This document shows, piece after piece, positions 1 through 14,994 of a stretch of DNA of 64,000 nt. Position numbers and translations under genes: made by a program. Where the stretch lies: positions 124,001 to 188,000 of the forward strand of contig NC_134029.1 in the NCBI RefSeq assembly GCF_964204645.1. Reading direction: 5' to 3'. This stretch comes from Tubulanus polymorphus. Its lineage: Eukaryota > Animalia > Nemertea. The first letter of the stretch is position 1, and each line of letters opens with the position of its first letter. The notes under the pieces were generated by a model. That model was not told the origin of the DNA, did not search any database, and saw nothing but the letters and a program-made list of their open reading frames with translations.

Positions 1-654
1 ACATATTGTTAACAGTTCTAAAAGTATTAAATCATTATCACATAAATGAATAGTAATAGTTATAGTATGATATATCGGGTGGGTAATCTGATATATCGGG
101 TGGGTAAAGTGAAACAGATGTTCGATATATTCTGAGATTAGCAGTTATAACTATTCTTCAGTCTACAGCCTCCAGACTGAAGTGAGGGGCGTCCAGATGG
201 TCTCGACACTGTCGAGAGAGAACGGCTCCAGATGGTACAACTACAGCACACATACACACGACTCCCCAATCAGAACGATCCCATTGTTTCTAGCATTTAC
301 ATTGATTAACCTACAATTTACGTGATTTTAGGATAAAGGTCTCGCGCAGAAGGGCGCGAAATAGTTTTAAGAAAAACTAATGATAACTCGTGCGAACGAT
401 TTTCTACCAAATATGGAAAATGTTGGCAAAGAAAGAGACGAAACCTTAGGTGATATCAGAGAATCATCCACGAGAGATTACCACGTCCATCGGATGTCTG
501 GCGGGTCCAGACCTGGTGAATTATTGGAGATTAGTCAATGTTATTGTTACATGGACAGCGGGGCTAGGGTTTACAACGAGTAGTGAGATAGTGACAGATG
601 AAGGCAGAATTCTAGCACCAGCATTTCACCGAAAATGATTAATTGAAATATTAC

Positions 655-1062
655 TTGTTCATAAAATGGCACAATGTTGAGTTTAACATCTTTATCCGGT
701 TCAACTTTATCCGGTTCAACTTTAACTGGAGCAACTGTAACTTTCTCATCTCCATCTCGGCTGCTGCTGATGTTGTGAACATTTTTCGGTATAAATTTCA
801 GAGCTGCGTTACTGTCAATATTAATAATATTATCGCCCACACGGGGGCGCTGTTTAGGCGAACTATTGTTTTTCAATAATCTCTCGTTTATATTAAAAAT
901 CCAGAAATCTTTTTTACTGCTTGAAATCATTTTCTGGTCCATTAAAATCAACAAAGCGATATCCGCTAAAAGCCAGAACAATGACGTCATAGTGACAATC
1001 GTGATTACTTTAGTGCGAGACATTGATCCAAACATCTTTCCTGAATTATTCGTTTGAGCCAT
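655..1062 (-). CDS. First coding exon of a polypeptide N-acetylgalactosaminyltransferase-like type II Golgi glycosyltransferase; gene continues off the left edge
   Basis: N-terminus RTKVITIVTMTSLFWLLADIALLIL resembles the GALNT signal anchor (KVVLATSLxWxLxDxxLL), followed by a stem region. Donor CAA|GTAATA at 654. No catalytic domain in the window; start could be 1062, 1035 or 1023. Confidence 0.65.
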
Positions 1063-1082
1063 TATAGAAATATCAATCCAAT

Positions 1083-1111
1083 TCCGGAAGTGGAGTTTAC
1101 AACACTTCCTG
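1083..1111. promoter_or_regulatory. Paired ETS-like motifs (CCGGAAGT / ACTTCCTG) just upstream of the GALNT-like start
   Basis: ttccggaagtg at 1082-1092 and acttcctg at about 1104-1111. Motif match only. Confidence 0.35.
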
Positions 1112-2716
1112 CACAGAGATCGGTGTAACAGCTGATGTTAATAACGCGAGATTAAGAATTAAAACCTTGTTTTGAAGGGATTAAAACCCATGCGCCGCTG
1201 GGATAACAACAGTTCACTCAGTGAATGTGATCGATTTTGATTATGTGGCAGTCAAACAGTAACGACACCCGGTGCCTCAGCAGCGCCAATCGGCTCGCTC
1301 GTTAGCTCGGCGTCTGTCACACATGTCACACTTCCTTTCTCTCTCTGTGCAATAATCAGTAGTTTCAATCACATATTGTGGTGGATTGATTCCTGTCAAA
1401 AGATACGAAATCACTGCTGAGGGTGGGGGTCTGATGTACTCTCCCGGGACATCAGACCCCCTACCTCAGCCGTTTCCAGTCCCCACATGGATAATGTATC
1501 TCTTGCTCCGAGCTGATCCAACGCGAGCACGACATCCCCCCCTCCCCACCAACCCGGTACCTCCAGTCCCCTCCCGTCAGCTTGCGGGGTTGGGCATCAA
1601 ACCCGAGTCGCGTGCGTGGACTCCCGTCCCCTGTACCCTGGTGGACCCCAGCCACTCCCACCCAAGTACGTGCGGGACTTGCGGCTTCGGTACATTTGTC
1701 TTAGTTGATGTGGCATCAGCGGGCAACACCTCAAAGGCCGTCCCCGTCGTGAGGTTAAATGAATAATCCAATAGGTTTAGTCTTGGGATTGGAACCAAGA
1801 TCCAATTGCGACTAAATTTAGTCTCAATAAAGCCTAAACACATTTCCCGAAATTTGAGTTCAAATGACGCGCGTTAAACAATACAGAGCGTAACCTATCG
1901 GTGAATCTAGGAACTAATCTAATGCTGGGTAGAATAGAAATCTGATCGACGAATGGATTTGGAATTAGGGATGTAATTAGCTATCTATAATGAGTATTTC
2001 TAGTGAAGCATTGAATTGAATAACTATGAAGATCTTATTTTGTGAAGGTGATAATTTGAAACAGTGTAAAAGTTGTTTTTATACTTTACAAAAAACACCG
2101 TTTATAAACGGCGGGTAGATTTGTATGTTATAAGTACAGCAGTGAGCGCTCGTTTCGATCAGAAGGTCCGGTGCCATTGGAATTTGATCGTTTACCTGAT
2201 TTACTACCTATGTTCACATAGTTGTATATTGTATGCTGATGGCGTCCTTTGACTTTCTTTTATTTATTTGACCAATTCCATCCTCTGTATCGCCACCCCC
2301 CGAGTCGGGATCGAAGTTAACACGCTTCATTTCATCTTTAGTCAAATAAACAATGAATAATTCCTCTTCCTTCCATGTTGCGCATTCATTAATCGAACAA
2401 TTATTTGAAGCACATCTAGAATATCATTTATTCAATCAATCGTTACAATATATCATCTATAATACAATGTAATATATTTCATACATTGAATGTACATATT
2501 ACATAAATACAATGTATCATAAAATATTATTTTACAAATTATTTGCAACTTTAGATAGAACTATAACGTTACAGGTGACATTTGGTTAATCCAAACATGA
2601 TGATAATACAATAACTGATTATAGAGGGGGCTGCAGCTGCTCAAGACTAGGTTAAAGTCAGTTTAATAGCTAGTGAGGTCAAACATTATCTTTACAATTC
2701 ATCAAGCAGAATCCGA

Positions 2717-4759
2717 TTAATTTCTCGAATGTTTCAGTTTTTTCAGTAATGTATGTTTTAAAGCTAGTTGTTTATCTCTAAATGATCGTTTTTGTTTACG
2801 TAATACTTTATGTTTAACCATCATGAAAGGTTTTGATTTACGTTTTTCAGAATTAGTCGTACTCGCGTGTTCGTTCATACGTTGTACTTTATAAGCGTAT
2901 TGTTGTCGGTCGTTGCGCCCGGCGATAACAGTCTCTAAACGTGAATCTTTATCGTGTGATTTTTTCTTATGAACGAGTTCGATGTCGTCTAATTTCACGA
3001 ATTCTCCGCGATCGATCGACTCATCCAATTTACGCTTTTTACCTTTACCCGACGTCGCCGACGTTTCTTTTTGAATTTGTAAAATTCGTAATTTTTCGAA
3101 TTCGTCCTGGGATAAAATGCGACCGGCTGAAACGACTTTAGCTCGTTCGATTCTTTCCTCCTTCGTTAGTTTCTCCACCTCCTCATTCTCCTCTAACTCC
3201 TCATCGGATGAGTGAACGACGTCTACCCACGATCCATCGCTGTCATCTTCATTTTCATCTTCGCACGATTCCCATCCATCCTCCTCGTTTTCCTCTACCT
3301 CATCGGGAGTCTGCAGCGTTTCGGCTCCGGGAATGAAATCTTTAGCGGTCGATGCGGCGTATTCCGAGACCTCGACTTCTCGCGAGGCGTCCGTGGGTTT
3401 TCCCCGATCTCGTTTATGTAATAATTCCGGATTCGTTTTACGGAATAGTTGTATAAGAGACCGAGCGGCCATTATTACACTCTTATCTCGATGCGTTTTA
3501 TACTCGGCTAAATCTCGTAATAGATCGGTATTCATCGCCAGCGGACACCGAGCGCAGATTTCTCGTACAGCGTTTAAACCGACCGCCATCACCTCACCGC
3601 TGTTACGTTCCGTGATGAAATTATTAGCGATCGTCATGACGATTGATTCGATAGTATCGGGCGGGACTAACTCGTGACTGGACTGCGCCGCGTACTGCAG
3701 TAGTTTGGTCACTTCGCGTTGATGCGGTTGAAGAAAACGTTGAATAAACGGATAGAAATTAAGAAGGAATAATTGATGAACTCCGATTAACCTCGACACG
3801 AAATTAATCATCATTAATTTCACCTCAAATCGCTCGTTAGTATTCTCTAACTGACGGAACATCCTTTCGGCGAAATCCTGAGGATCGTGAAGGTGATGCA
3901 GAGCCGTGTTGTCAAATACTTCTTTCTTCTGTTTCTTTTTATGTTTTTTCAAGGCGTTAAGAGCGCGATCGAGACGTTTCTGTCGTTTACGCGATTTCTT
4001 ACCGACGCGATGTTGTAGTTTCAATTCCGTAGCCGTTTTCTCATCTTCGTCGTCCGAATTATCGCTATCAGCGCCACCTTCCTCTTCCTGTCCGATAAAA
4101 AACTGTATAGAAGCAACGAGTAATTTAGTGATTTTAGAGAAACACGCCGTGCTGATCACGTTTACAGTTTTAGGATCTTTCCACACATTTCTACGATAAA
4201 GTTCGATCATCACATCCAGCGATTGTTTAGCCGCGATCGCGTTATTATCTTTTAACATTTTATACATAAAATTCTGTAAATTCGAGTTTAATTTCATGTT
4301 TTTATGTTTTGAATTGACGTTTTTGACGTCTTGAACGATGTAATTATAAAGAGTTTTACGCAGCAATTTATCGGAACATCGAAACAGTTCGAAGAATAAC
4401 TCGAGCACAGAGGGCGCCGGTATCAATCCTTTATTACGCAATAGAATCAACGCTTTACAGAAACTGAGCCTCATTTCCGGATCGAGAACTGTTGCGTGTT
4501 GATGTAATAAATCTCTCAATTGTTGCGGGAAATGTTTCAAATCGTCGCTGTAGCAACCTGAAATCTGCGCAAGGAACGTCACGAGTTCGATAAGAGTTTT
4601 CGAATGTTTTGACGGAGTCAACATAAAAATATCGAGGTTTGATTTATAATGATTGAATTGTTGAATGAATTCATCGCGATATGAACCCGGGTCGCGCTTT
4701 ATTAGATTCTGTAACTGTGGTAGGTTGCTGGGCAACTTGTTACCGCGACTGTTACTCAT
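2717..4759 (-). CDS. SDAD1: Protein SDA1 homolog (60S ribosome biogenesis), single coding exon, 680 aa
   Basis: [44 protein letters not shown], an acidic central region and a basic C-terminus match SDA1. True ATG at 4759; an acceptor (TTTACAG) near 4788 suggests a 5'UTR intron. Confidence 0.95.
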   Translation of the reverse strand: MSNSRGNKLPSNLPQLQNLIKRDPGSYRDEFIQQFNHYKSNLDIFMLTPSKHSKTLIELVTFLAQISGCYSDDLKHFPQQLRDLLHQHATVLDPEMRLSFCKALILLRNKGLIPAPSVLELFFELFRCSDKLLRKTLYNYIVQDVKNVNSKHKNMKLNSNLQNFMYKMLKDNNAIAAKQSLDVMIELYRRNVWKDPKTVNVISTACFSKITKLLVASIQFFIGQEEEGGADSDNSDDEDEKTATELKLQHRVGKKSRKRQKRLDRALNALKKHKKKQKKEVFDNTALHHLHDPQDFAERMFRQLENTNERFEVKLMMINFVSRLIGVHQLFLLNFYPFIQRFLQPHQREVTKLLQYAAQSSHELVPPDTIESIVMTIANNFITERNSGEVMAVGLNAVREICARCPLAMNTDLLRDLAEYKTHRDKSVIMAARSLIQLFRKTNPELLHKRDRGKPTDASREVEVSEYAASTAKDFIPGAETLQTPDEVEENEEDGWESCEDENEDDSDGSWVDVVHSSDEELEENEEVEKLTKEERIERAKVVSAGRILSQDEFEKLRILQIQKETSATSGKGKKRKLDESIDRGEFVKLDDIELVHKKKSHDKDSRLETVIAGRNDRQQYAYKVQRMNEHASTTNSEKRKSKPFMMVKHKVLRKQKRSFRDKQLALKHTLLKKLKHSRN

Positions 4760-5689
4760 TGTTGTCACACGCCTCGTAACAAATAAACTGTAAATAACAA
4801 TAGAAATATAAGTTATATATAGAAAATTACACATAGCGGAAAAAGGTTGGCTCCTGAAGACGACTAATTAGGATAGTCTGGTTAAATAAATTTACAGCTA
4901 ATAGGAAACTTTTCTGCTGTTTTCTTGAGTTATATCAGTGTTGGAATGTTGGATTCTATCGATACAACGTCTCAGTTTCACCAAGCCAAGGCCCGGGGTG
5001 AAATATACATCATTGATTGCGGATTGAAGGAATATGAACCCGCAGACAGCAGCTCCAGTTGAGTGAGGAGATACTGACTGAGGCATGTGTGAGAGAGAGA
5101 GAGGAGATAGAATCCCCAACCTTACAGTGATACAGCACAGCAGTCACACACTCCGACAGGTCCAGGAGGGAGGTCGAGAGGAGGAGGGAGGTAACTACAG
5201 ACTGACTGTGATGTCGATGATGACTGGTGTGGTGGAGTGAGGATGGGGCGTGTGGATGGAGTTGAGAGAGAGGTGTCGAAGCCTTGACACTGAGGGGTCC
5301 ACTACAGCTGTACTCTACCGGACCTATAACATACAATACATCTAACAATTACAGAAAACTAACCAGATAAATCTCAATAATCGCGCAACACCAGAACCCG
5401 GAAATAAAAACACGTGGCTGTGTGTATTCTATCACATGCAGTAGGAGTAGGTTCAAAATGAATACGGGTTCGAATCCTGAATATGTCGTAATCAGTGGCG
5501 TAAAGTTCAGTCCTGATTTATCAGTCTGAGTTTGTTCAGAAATATTTCTATCGAAAAAAAACATATATTGACTGGAAATCCTTTTTGTTTATGTTAACAT
5601 ATTCAACTAAGTTACGTTTCTGGTACTATTTAAAGAATTTCTCGATTTTTCTTCTCCTTAGCTGTCGAGTCCGGCCCGGATTCAAAGAA

Positions 5690-5860
5690 TTTATTCTTAA
5701 TATGAAAACCACGCGCTTTACCAATCTAATCCGTCGTTTCGCGGTTCCTGAATTTTCAAAGGTTAAAGATTACTACTTTAGTTCACAGAAATTCCGCTAT
5801 TGCAATTCATAGGGGCAGCACTGAACGGTTGTAATCTGATGCAGTCTTGCTATTTTACTG
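5690..5860. repeat. Left part of a segmental copy of the UFM1 3' flank (matches about 20824-20992)
   Basis: Near-identical run atgaaaaccacgc...ttcacagaaattccgctat...gatgcagtcttgc(t/c)attttactg at both sites. Confidence 0.85.
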
Positions 5861-6821
5861 CGCAGCGCCTTCAGTGGAGACCTTCCAAGCGAGGCTCCGA
5901 TGTTGCTTGCCTTGTACACTAATCCTCTCTCATCCGCCGACCACACACTGGTCAGACTGGTTGGGACTATCTTGTTCCTGGCTGATGGTCGTGTCCGCCG
6001 GGCCAGAATCCTACGTAGTTCCTCAGTAAGGCCCAAATTCAGTTCTCGTATCTAGTCGACTAGTGGTCGGAACTAATAACCGAATGCGCTTTATTTCCGA
6101 ACTATTTCCAGACTATGGTTCCGACTAACTGATATTCGGTTTCACTTAGTTCGATTATAGTCGCGACTAACTCCGATAACCAAAGTTCGCCCAGCGTACG
6201 TGGGCCACCAGTCAATTTCAGTCTCCTCGTGATGGAATGAAAATGTTCCGGAATTTTCTGCAAATTTTTCAATTTCGAAACAACTGATTCCAGACAGCTC
6301 GGTGTAGGTTAGCTGTGTTTGTTTCAATACTCTAAATTTCGGCACAATTTTTCCTATTACTCGTCGTAATAGTTACCGATATGAAATTGATTTATTTTCC
6401 TCTAGAGAAAAAATGAAGCTTTCGCAGAAAATTCCAAAACAGGTTCATTCCACAAGTTCGAATTGTGAGTATTGTCCCACTGAAGTTCTCTTCGTCGAAG
6501 AAGGCTGAAAATCTAATCTTAGTCTTAGAAGTTTTCCTCAATGTCCAAGAGAAATGTGTCTGCTGCTTTCAAGGGTTCGAATCCAGCCCGAGTTGTCATG
6601 TGTCCACTGACGAAGGCTGCGACAGTGGGTCCGAATCAGGAATTAAAACACGATGTTCCCTTATTCCGTAGAGGTATAAACCGGGTCTAGAATAATTATA
6701 ACGAGACAAGTATAAGTATACAATATAGGTTTATTTGACGCACAAGCTTTCGCTACTAATCAGTATTTATAGGCAGACTGACACTAATTAGAGAGAACCG
6801 AGTGAGAAGAGTAATTACAAA

Positions 6822-6980
6822 TACATAATACAATACATAATACAATACATGGTACAATACATATCATATTACAATATATGGTACAATACATAATACAATA
6901 CATAATATAATATATGGTACAATACATAATACAATACATATTACAATACATATTACAATACATATATCACAATACATAAC
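6822..6980. repeat. About 12-bp AT-rich tandem repeat (tacaatacataa)
   Basis: Directly visible. Confidence 0.85.
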
Positions 6981-7055
6981 TGAGTGAGTTGATATAATAT
7001 GATTAATTACAGAACCGCAAAATAAGTGATGTATCTTGGATGCGCAAAAAGACAA

Positions 7056-7230
7056 ATAAAATGGCACGAGATTACATCAAAATAAAATGGCGCGAGATTA
7101 CATCCAAATAGAAATGCGCGAGATAACCTCCAAATAAAATGGCGCGAGATGAGACTTCGAAATAAAATGGTGCGAGATGAGACTTCGAAATAAAATGGTG
7201 CGAGATGAGACTTCGAAATAAAATGGCGCG
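7056..7230. repeat. About 26-27-bp tandem repeat, 6-7 copies, carrying AAAATGGCG
   Basis: Units aaataaaatggcgcgagatgagacttcg. Confidence 0.85.
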
Positions 7231-8992
7231 TGAAAAATTTAATTCTATCATTTTAATGTGTAATATTGTATAACTGTATATTTGTCTATTGTTTTATATT
7301 TGTATCACTGTTATCTGTATGTGTTTTGGGGGGTTAATAGTCCAACCCTCCTAACTCTACATGTGTTAACGTTTATATAGTTTCTAGAAAAAAAGTTGTC
7401 AAGTCCAAATCGTCAATTCCTCATCCTACCAATGTCAAGCTTAACCCACAAAATCGTGGAAGCTTCGTTTTAAGGGGAGGGGTGAGGGTGGGGGGCGTTG
7501 GATAATTGTGAAATATATTCAAAATGCCTAAGATTTAACGGTTGAAATTATGTTTTAATTGGGGGGTCAAATAAATAGTTAAAACTAACATAAATTCTAT
7601 CAATTCTATTTATCTACAAGAACTATTAGACATGTCATACAAGTCGCACCTGAATTTTTTCAAGCCACTCTGTCATCATCATTCAACTTCGGGTTCGATC
7701 TTCTGTGGCCCGGGGGGTCTTTTTCTTCTCACTGAAATCATGGACGTATCAACTCTAGTTGACAAGTCCACGCTGAAATATGTCCTACCTTATTCAATTC
7801 GGACCGCTCTTTTCTTTCATCAGTCTGTTGTATCTTCCATGAAGCTGTAACACTGGGTACCGGTACCTGTTAATTAAACCTAATCTAACCCTAACCTAAA
7901 GTGCAACTATTTTTTCCTAAATCTAAACCTATAAAACATAATTTCGACCGCTAATGTTAAATAAATGTTCCACCTACCTTACAGCAACCTTGTTACGCGG
8001 ATGAAGCAGCAATTTGAAAATTTAATCCTTTTATTTAAGAGTCAATTTCAAAGTCAATTTTAAATTCCGTGTCCTGTTGCCAAAATCCAGTTGTATTAAT
8101 AACAAATAGTTTATCAGCTCAGCTGCGTTTGTTACAATTCTCTTTTTCTAAAACGTGTCCTATCTGAGCAATATCCAGCGACAGAGACTTCTTCGCCGTG
8201 TAGAATTTCCAAGTGTAATGACAACTTGTATGAGCGCCCACTAGTTTTTAACTGACCCCCTTAAAATTCGTAGCCGGTGATTGGTTGCATCACCGATAAC
8301 AAAAGCTTCGGGGAATGATTTCAAAAGGTATTGCAGGTAGGTCACTGGCCATTCTTGAATTGCGGTCAATGGCATCTTTTCTTTTGAAGTTTGAAAATGC
8401 TTCGAAGTTTGAAAACGCTGAGGTTATGTGGCGCTAATCGGCGATTATCCGGCCGGTTGCGTTGGTCTAGGCGTCGACATGAAGCCAGCCTTAGACGTCA
8501 CTTCGCGGAAGGAAGTTTAGAAAGTGTGAAGAAAAAAGTGTATTGAGTGTCAGAATATTAATACTTTCACCCTCACGCAAGCCTCATGGTTAGCGGAGCG
8601 CATGATCGGTTAAAAATATGCACGCCAAATTCAGACAAATTATGACAAATCTGTTACCCCGTATATAGATACTGAAATAATCATTTAAGTCTCACTCTTC
8701 ATAACTGCTGTATTATCAAAATATATAAAAATATCTACTTCAGTATAAATTATAATTAATGAAATTGAGCATATTATTCCCCAATTTTATTAACATTATA
8801 ATTAAGGATTATATTCTAGACTCCAATTCTCGTTTTGTTACTGAGTGGATTTCGTTATTCAACTTATTCCTGTTTTATAAGGAACACGTGTTTTATGTAT
8901 ACCGGTAGTTATTGCGTTTACATGTTGAGATCACGTGATAGCATGTCACATGTAGAAACAAAATGGCGGACCTGGTGTGAAAAAAAATTCGC

Positions 8993-9770
<778 letters not shown>

Positions 9771-9897
9771 TTACGAGTTACACGGTTTTACGAAATTTTA
9801 CGAGTTATTATAAAGATTTCTAACGTGATCGCCATATATTGGAATTTGGCTGAACCGACTAGACAGCTCTTATGTGTCTCACTGACTCTTCTTCAAT

Positions 9898-10172
9898 GCG
9901 CTGCGTTTATTAAAGAGGACAACACTAGGGTTTCTGGGTTTATTTACTAGGCCAACACTAGGGTTTCAACATTTATTCAGAAAACCAACACTAAGGTAAT
10001 TGCGTTTATTCAGTAGGCCAACACTAGGGTTTCTGCGTTTATTAAACAGGGCCAACAGTAGGGTTTCCGCATTTATTCACCAGGCCAACACCAGGGTTTC
10101 TGCGTTTATTAAACAGGCCAACACTAGGAATTCTACGTTTATTTACCAGGCCAACACTAGAGTTACTGCGTT
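9898..10172. repeat. About 32-bp minisatellite (gccaacactagggtttctgcgtttattaaacag)
   Basis: 8-9 degenerate copies visible. Confidence 0.85.
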
Positions 10173-11314
10173 TGTTTTTCGAAAAATGTTTAAATATCGC
10201 ACACAAAACTTACAGCATCATTTGTCCATTTATTCCGCATTGTTTTCCAAATTTGTTAACAATTGCTCATTTATTTCAGGAAGGCATTTCTATTCAAAAC
10301 GTAAATACAACGTTAGTGGTGTGGTAAAGTATCGAATTGAAACCCTCGCATACCAGGGTAAGAATGATAACTTCGCATGCCAGGGTATGAATCCTCACAT
10401 GAGGACTACATGTGCCGAACACCAGGGGTCGCAGTTTCACAAACACGATCAATTTTTTGAAGAAATAAATGTTAAGCGACAACTAGGGGTCAAGTCTCAC
10501 AAAAGGCCAAGTAGATTAATTTCGTCATTATGTCATGATTAACAACTAAAAAGGAACAACAAAAACTGAAATAATGAAGAAATTAATCATATCTGTGAAA
10601 CCGTACCCTGGTAGGATTTGGTTCAAGGTGCGAAAGGGTTTCAATCAGGTTTAGAAGCTGTAGTTTCACACACTAAAATAGCGAGTATGGTATCTAATTT
10701 AGTTCGAGTCCAGTTTCACTAAGTATGAATTTTAGAGTAAAACTATGTTCAGGAAACTGGGTCCACGTGATCAGTTTAACATAACCGTTACATAGGGTCA
10801 ACTGCAATTCGTCGAATGGACCCCGTGGCAAATCTCATAACACACTTCACTTTGATTCAAACTTTTTCCAAAATAAAACATGTTTGAATACAATTGGTTT
10901 GTGAAACTGGACCATTGGCTCAATTTCTTAAAAAATTTAACTTAGAAATAATTTACTCAATTCGAGTTTGAACGAATACTTTTTGAGTAAATTAATAGAG
11001 TAAGTTATTTCTATGAAACTGAACCCGTGGGATTTACGTGTGACGCACTGAGTGTGTGTGAAACTGCTGGCGTCTGTAATCACAACTAAAACAACACAGA
11101 AAATTCATCTTTATTTCAAATAAAACAGAACAACAGTTCACACGAAATATTATAGTCACATAATAAAGAAAACCTGTCGATATTTCAACTTCTTGGTTTC
11201 ATTGATTGTGAGACTAAAGTCGTACAAAATATGTCCATTTAACAAAATATATCACACAAGTTTACATTACACATTATACATGAGTATCATACATATTTAT
11301 ACAAAACCAGACCA

Positions 11315-11659
11315 ATGAAACCGGGTCCCGAGGTACAAACAATTACAAACTAATGAAACCGGGTCCCGAGGTACAAACAATTACAAACCAATGAAAACGG
11401 GTTCCGAGGTACAAACAATTACAAACTAATGAAACCGGGTACCGAGGTACAAACAATTACAAACTAATGAAACCGGGTCCCGAGGTACAAACAATTACAA
11501 ACTAATGAAACCGGGTCCCGAGGTACAAACAATTACAAACTAATGAAACCGGGTCCCGAGGTACAAACAATTACAAACTAATGAAACCGGGTCCCGAGGT
11601 ACAAACAATTACAAACTAATGAAACCGGGTCCCGAGGTACAAACAATTGCAAACTAATG
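11315..11659. repeat. 38-bp minisatellite (atgaaaccgggtcccgaggtacaaacaattacaaacta), about 9 copies
   Basis: Directly visible. Confidence 0.95.
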
Positions 11660-14222
11660 CAGTTACATGGAGTGCGTAAATTATCTCATGCCCTTGATCC
11701 ATCTCAGAAAGCCCATCATTAGGGTTTTCTCTAATTCCCTCAATTGTGATTAGCTTAGCGAGGCAGAAAACCCATTATCGCTGCTATATTTAATAGAAAA
11801 TTACATCAATTAATTTTCACTAAAAAATTAAAACCCACTTCACACAAATTTAAAGGGATTTGAAGACACAACATTTATGAGTCTCTCTAGAGACATCGTC
11901 AAGTCTGAAGAAATAACTAAAAACAGGGAAAAATAGTGAGGGAAAAACAAGTTAATTGAGAAAAGTAAAGCTAGAGGTTGTTAAGTGTTTAGGTCGAGAG
12001 GTTTTGTTATTTTGTGCATAGGCTGTTCTAGTTATTTCTTCATTTACTTTTATCATTTTGATTCTGATTCTTGATAAATAAATTACGCCTTTTAAATTTG
12101 CATATAGCAGGGTTTAAATCCTATATTCTATGCCCGAGTCAGGCTATTATTCTATTAGCAAAAATGATACCACAGCTTTGAGAGACGAATCAGGGGATGA
12201 CTCCATTGTTTTTATGGATATGTGATTACGCAGTCTATGAAACTATCACAAACAGAACAACAGTCGCCTGCCCGTGTCGGCCAACACAATATAATACCAG
12301 TAATATATTTGACTTTAAACTTTACAATTGCAGATCTGGGAAATAAGTGGCAGCAAATCAATCTCCGGGTAGATAGCTGGTCCTTGTCCTTGTCACATGG
12401 CATATTGGTCCCCACTTCATCCTAGAATTAGAGAGAAAAACGTCTGCAAATATTACATTGAAAATGTTCAATTGAATAAACAGTCATCAGCATCAGCAGC
12501 AGCAGCAGCCGCAGCCGCAGCAGCCGCAGCAGCAGCAGCAGCCGCACTTCTTTCCGGAGAATCACTCAAGTTTTTTCTTCTCATAATATTACGCTTATAA
12601 CTCGTATTTTCACGTAAATATCAATTTTAGAAGCCAAATCTTCTGATCCATTCTAAATACCTCGCGTAGCCCGAAATGCCGGCAGCAGATAAAAATACGC
12701 CACAATATTGTCTGTGTCAGTGTTTAAACTTTCTTATGAAATTGTCTGCATGGTGCACGTGGCTGAGGGTAGATTTCAGATCTGCAGCTCAGGATACGAC
12801 CGGGAATATGACGAACCGAGCTGGAATCTGAGCGTTGTATATATTGTATTTTTACAGGTTATTCGTGGAATTCGTATAAAACCACGACTTATAGATAACT
12901 CGTAAAAATACGACTTACACGTGACTCGTACATCACGTAAGTCGTAGAAAAAGCGGCAGTCAGTCTCGAGGGCTACGACTTATGCGGGGTTGACTGTATT
13001 AGAGCACAGTGGAGTGATGAAATACTCACCATTTCTAAACTCATATCAGATAAGTTCAGTGCCATCTAGCAGGATTTCACTTCCAACAGTCATAATGTCA
13101 TGAAGTTAAGAGAACTGATGATTTTCTGAGAAAATAAATACATAAATAATTGAACTGTTAAGTTTTGTAACAAGCGAGAACCAGGTTGAATTGTATCGAG
13201 GATATTACTTACCGGTAGTTTCTTAAAACAGCTTCAGCAACTAGATCACAGCTTCTTGTGAATATTTTCAATTTCTCCAGCTCCAATAAGTGTTGGGCGT
13301 ATTGCATTCTGGAAAGAGAAAATTATGCCAGAAAATGGTTAATGAAATAAATAGAAACTGCAACTTGTTTGTGTTCGATTGACAGAAGACCTACCACGTT
13401 AATGAGTAGTTAATCACAATGTGTCGAGTATATGCAGATTTCTGAGGTGTTTGATGGTAGCTTTAGACTGCATCCTATAGTAAAGACCGATCAAAAACTG
13501 AAATTGAAGATCACCACAAATTACTGCAATAAATCGATATAAAACATTTCTGACTTGTTTGATTTGTGGAGCGCAATGTTAACTGCAAGTTCAGCTTTAT
13601 TTTAGACCCTAGAATACAACAGTTGTATAATTTTGATGATTCGAACTTTGACCAGAATAGAAGTGATTGAAAATTCGCCTTCACTGATTAATGTAGCTTC
13701 TAATCAGGAAATGAGTTTATAAATGTACAGTCAAACAGAGACTAGAATCTGTAGAGATATTTACCGGTACCGTATTGGTTTTGAGGATCTAAAGCGATGT
13801 CCATCTTAAACAAATGTGAAGTGAATTCCCAATGTTTACTGTTCACAGATTCTATCAAGGGTTCCAGTTATTTCAGCTCCTAAAAACAAATTTTTTTAGA
13901 AATTGTCAGTTAAGTTGTTATGAAATAAGAGCAGTTTCACACCAAATCAAAGACTTACCATTTTCGTCAATGTTTTCAAGCCAGCGGTATTTGAGGTTGA
14001 CTGCGTTGGGTACCAAAACCTCCATTGCTCTGTTAACTGAAAATATGTATGGAAAATATTAAGATGTTGATAATTCCAACTTCAGGACATAGATGAGTTC
14101 TAACAATTGAAAACTCACTTCAAACTAAGCAGTGATCTTTGAGTGATTGAATGCTGGAAACAGATAGAATAATTTATATAGACCAGTTCTCTAAAAATAA
14201 TGAATTTCCAAACAGGTTTTAC

Positions 14223-14223
14223 C

Positions 14224-14255
<32 letters not shown>

Positions 14256-14569
14256 TTGCTGCTACTGCTGCTACTAGTGCTGCTGCTGCTACTGGTGGTG
14301 GTGCTGCTGCTGCTACTGGTGCTGTTGCTACTGGTGCTGCTGCTGCTACTGGTGCTGCTGCTACTGGTGCTGCTGGTACTGCTGCTGCTACTGGTGCTGC
14401 TGCTGCTACTGCTGCTGTTGCTGTTGCTGCTGCTGCCGCCGCCGCTGCTGCTGCTACTGGTGCTGATGCTACTGGTGCTGCTGCTGCTGCTGCTACTGGT
14501 GCTGCTGCTGCTACTAGTGCTGCTACTGGTGCTGCTGCTGCTACTGGTGCTGCTGCTACTGGTGCTGCA
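14223..14569. repeat. Imperfect (CTG)n/(CAG)n-derived trinucleotide tract
   Basis: Directly visible; source of the poly-Leu and poly-Ala ORFs. Confidence 0.95.
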
Positions 14570-14796
14570 GTATGTATCTCATCCTGTAAATGAGAGTAAA
14601 ACAATAACAGAGACTGTGAAGAATTGTGTAGAGAAATTCATTACCAGTTTTGTACTTACCTTTAAATGAGCCTGTTTAGATAGTAAATTCTATTGCATTC
14701 ATTTCATTCTGAAAAGAAAAAGAAACAATAATCAGTGACAAAAGAGCAGAATGTAACATCTCAAATTATCAATCAATCAGACAGAAACAGTACAGG

Positions 14797-14994
14797 ATTT
14801 CTGTAGATTAAACTGCTGTACTTATTTCATACTGATTGAACAGTTACAGATACATGTAACATTGTGTACAGATACAGAGTACAGATCACTGCATTACTTC
14901 ATCCTGTGATTGAACAGTGATTTAATGTTCTCTCATCTTCATTAGATTCCCATCCATCTAACTAAAACATCAGAACAATTCAACTCATCTAACC
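14797..14994. repeat. Left arm of an about 200-bp inverted repeat (partner 19016-19213)
   Basis: Reverse complement matches 19016-19213 with only a few mismatches. Confidence 0.9.

Noticed and set aside
13305-13400. TGA formed across a putative splice junction, suggesting selenocysteine
   Set aside because: Surrounding exons also contain TAA and TAG in all frames, and no SECIS was recognised.
13630-13692. TGATGA...CTGA resembling a C/D box snoRNA
   Set aside because: Only about 55 nt, on the opposite strand to the putative host transcript, and no recognisable rRNA guide.
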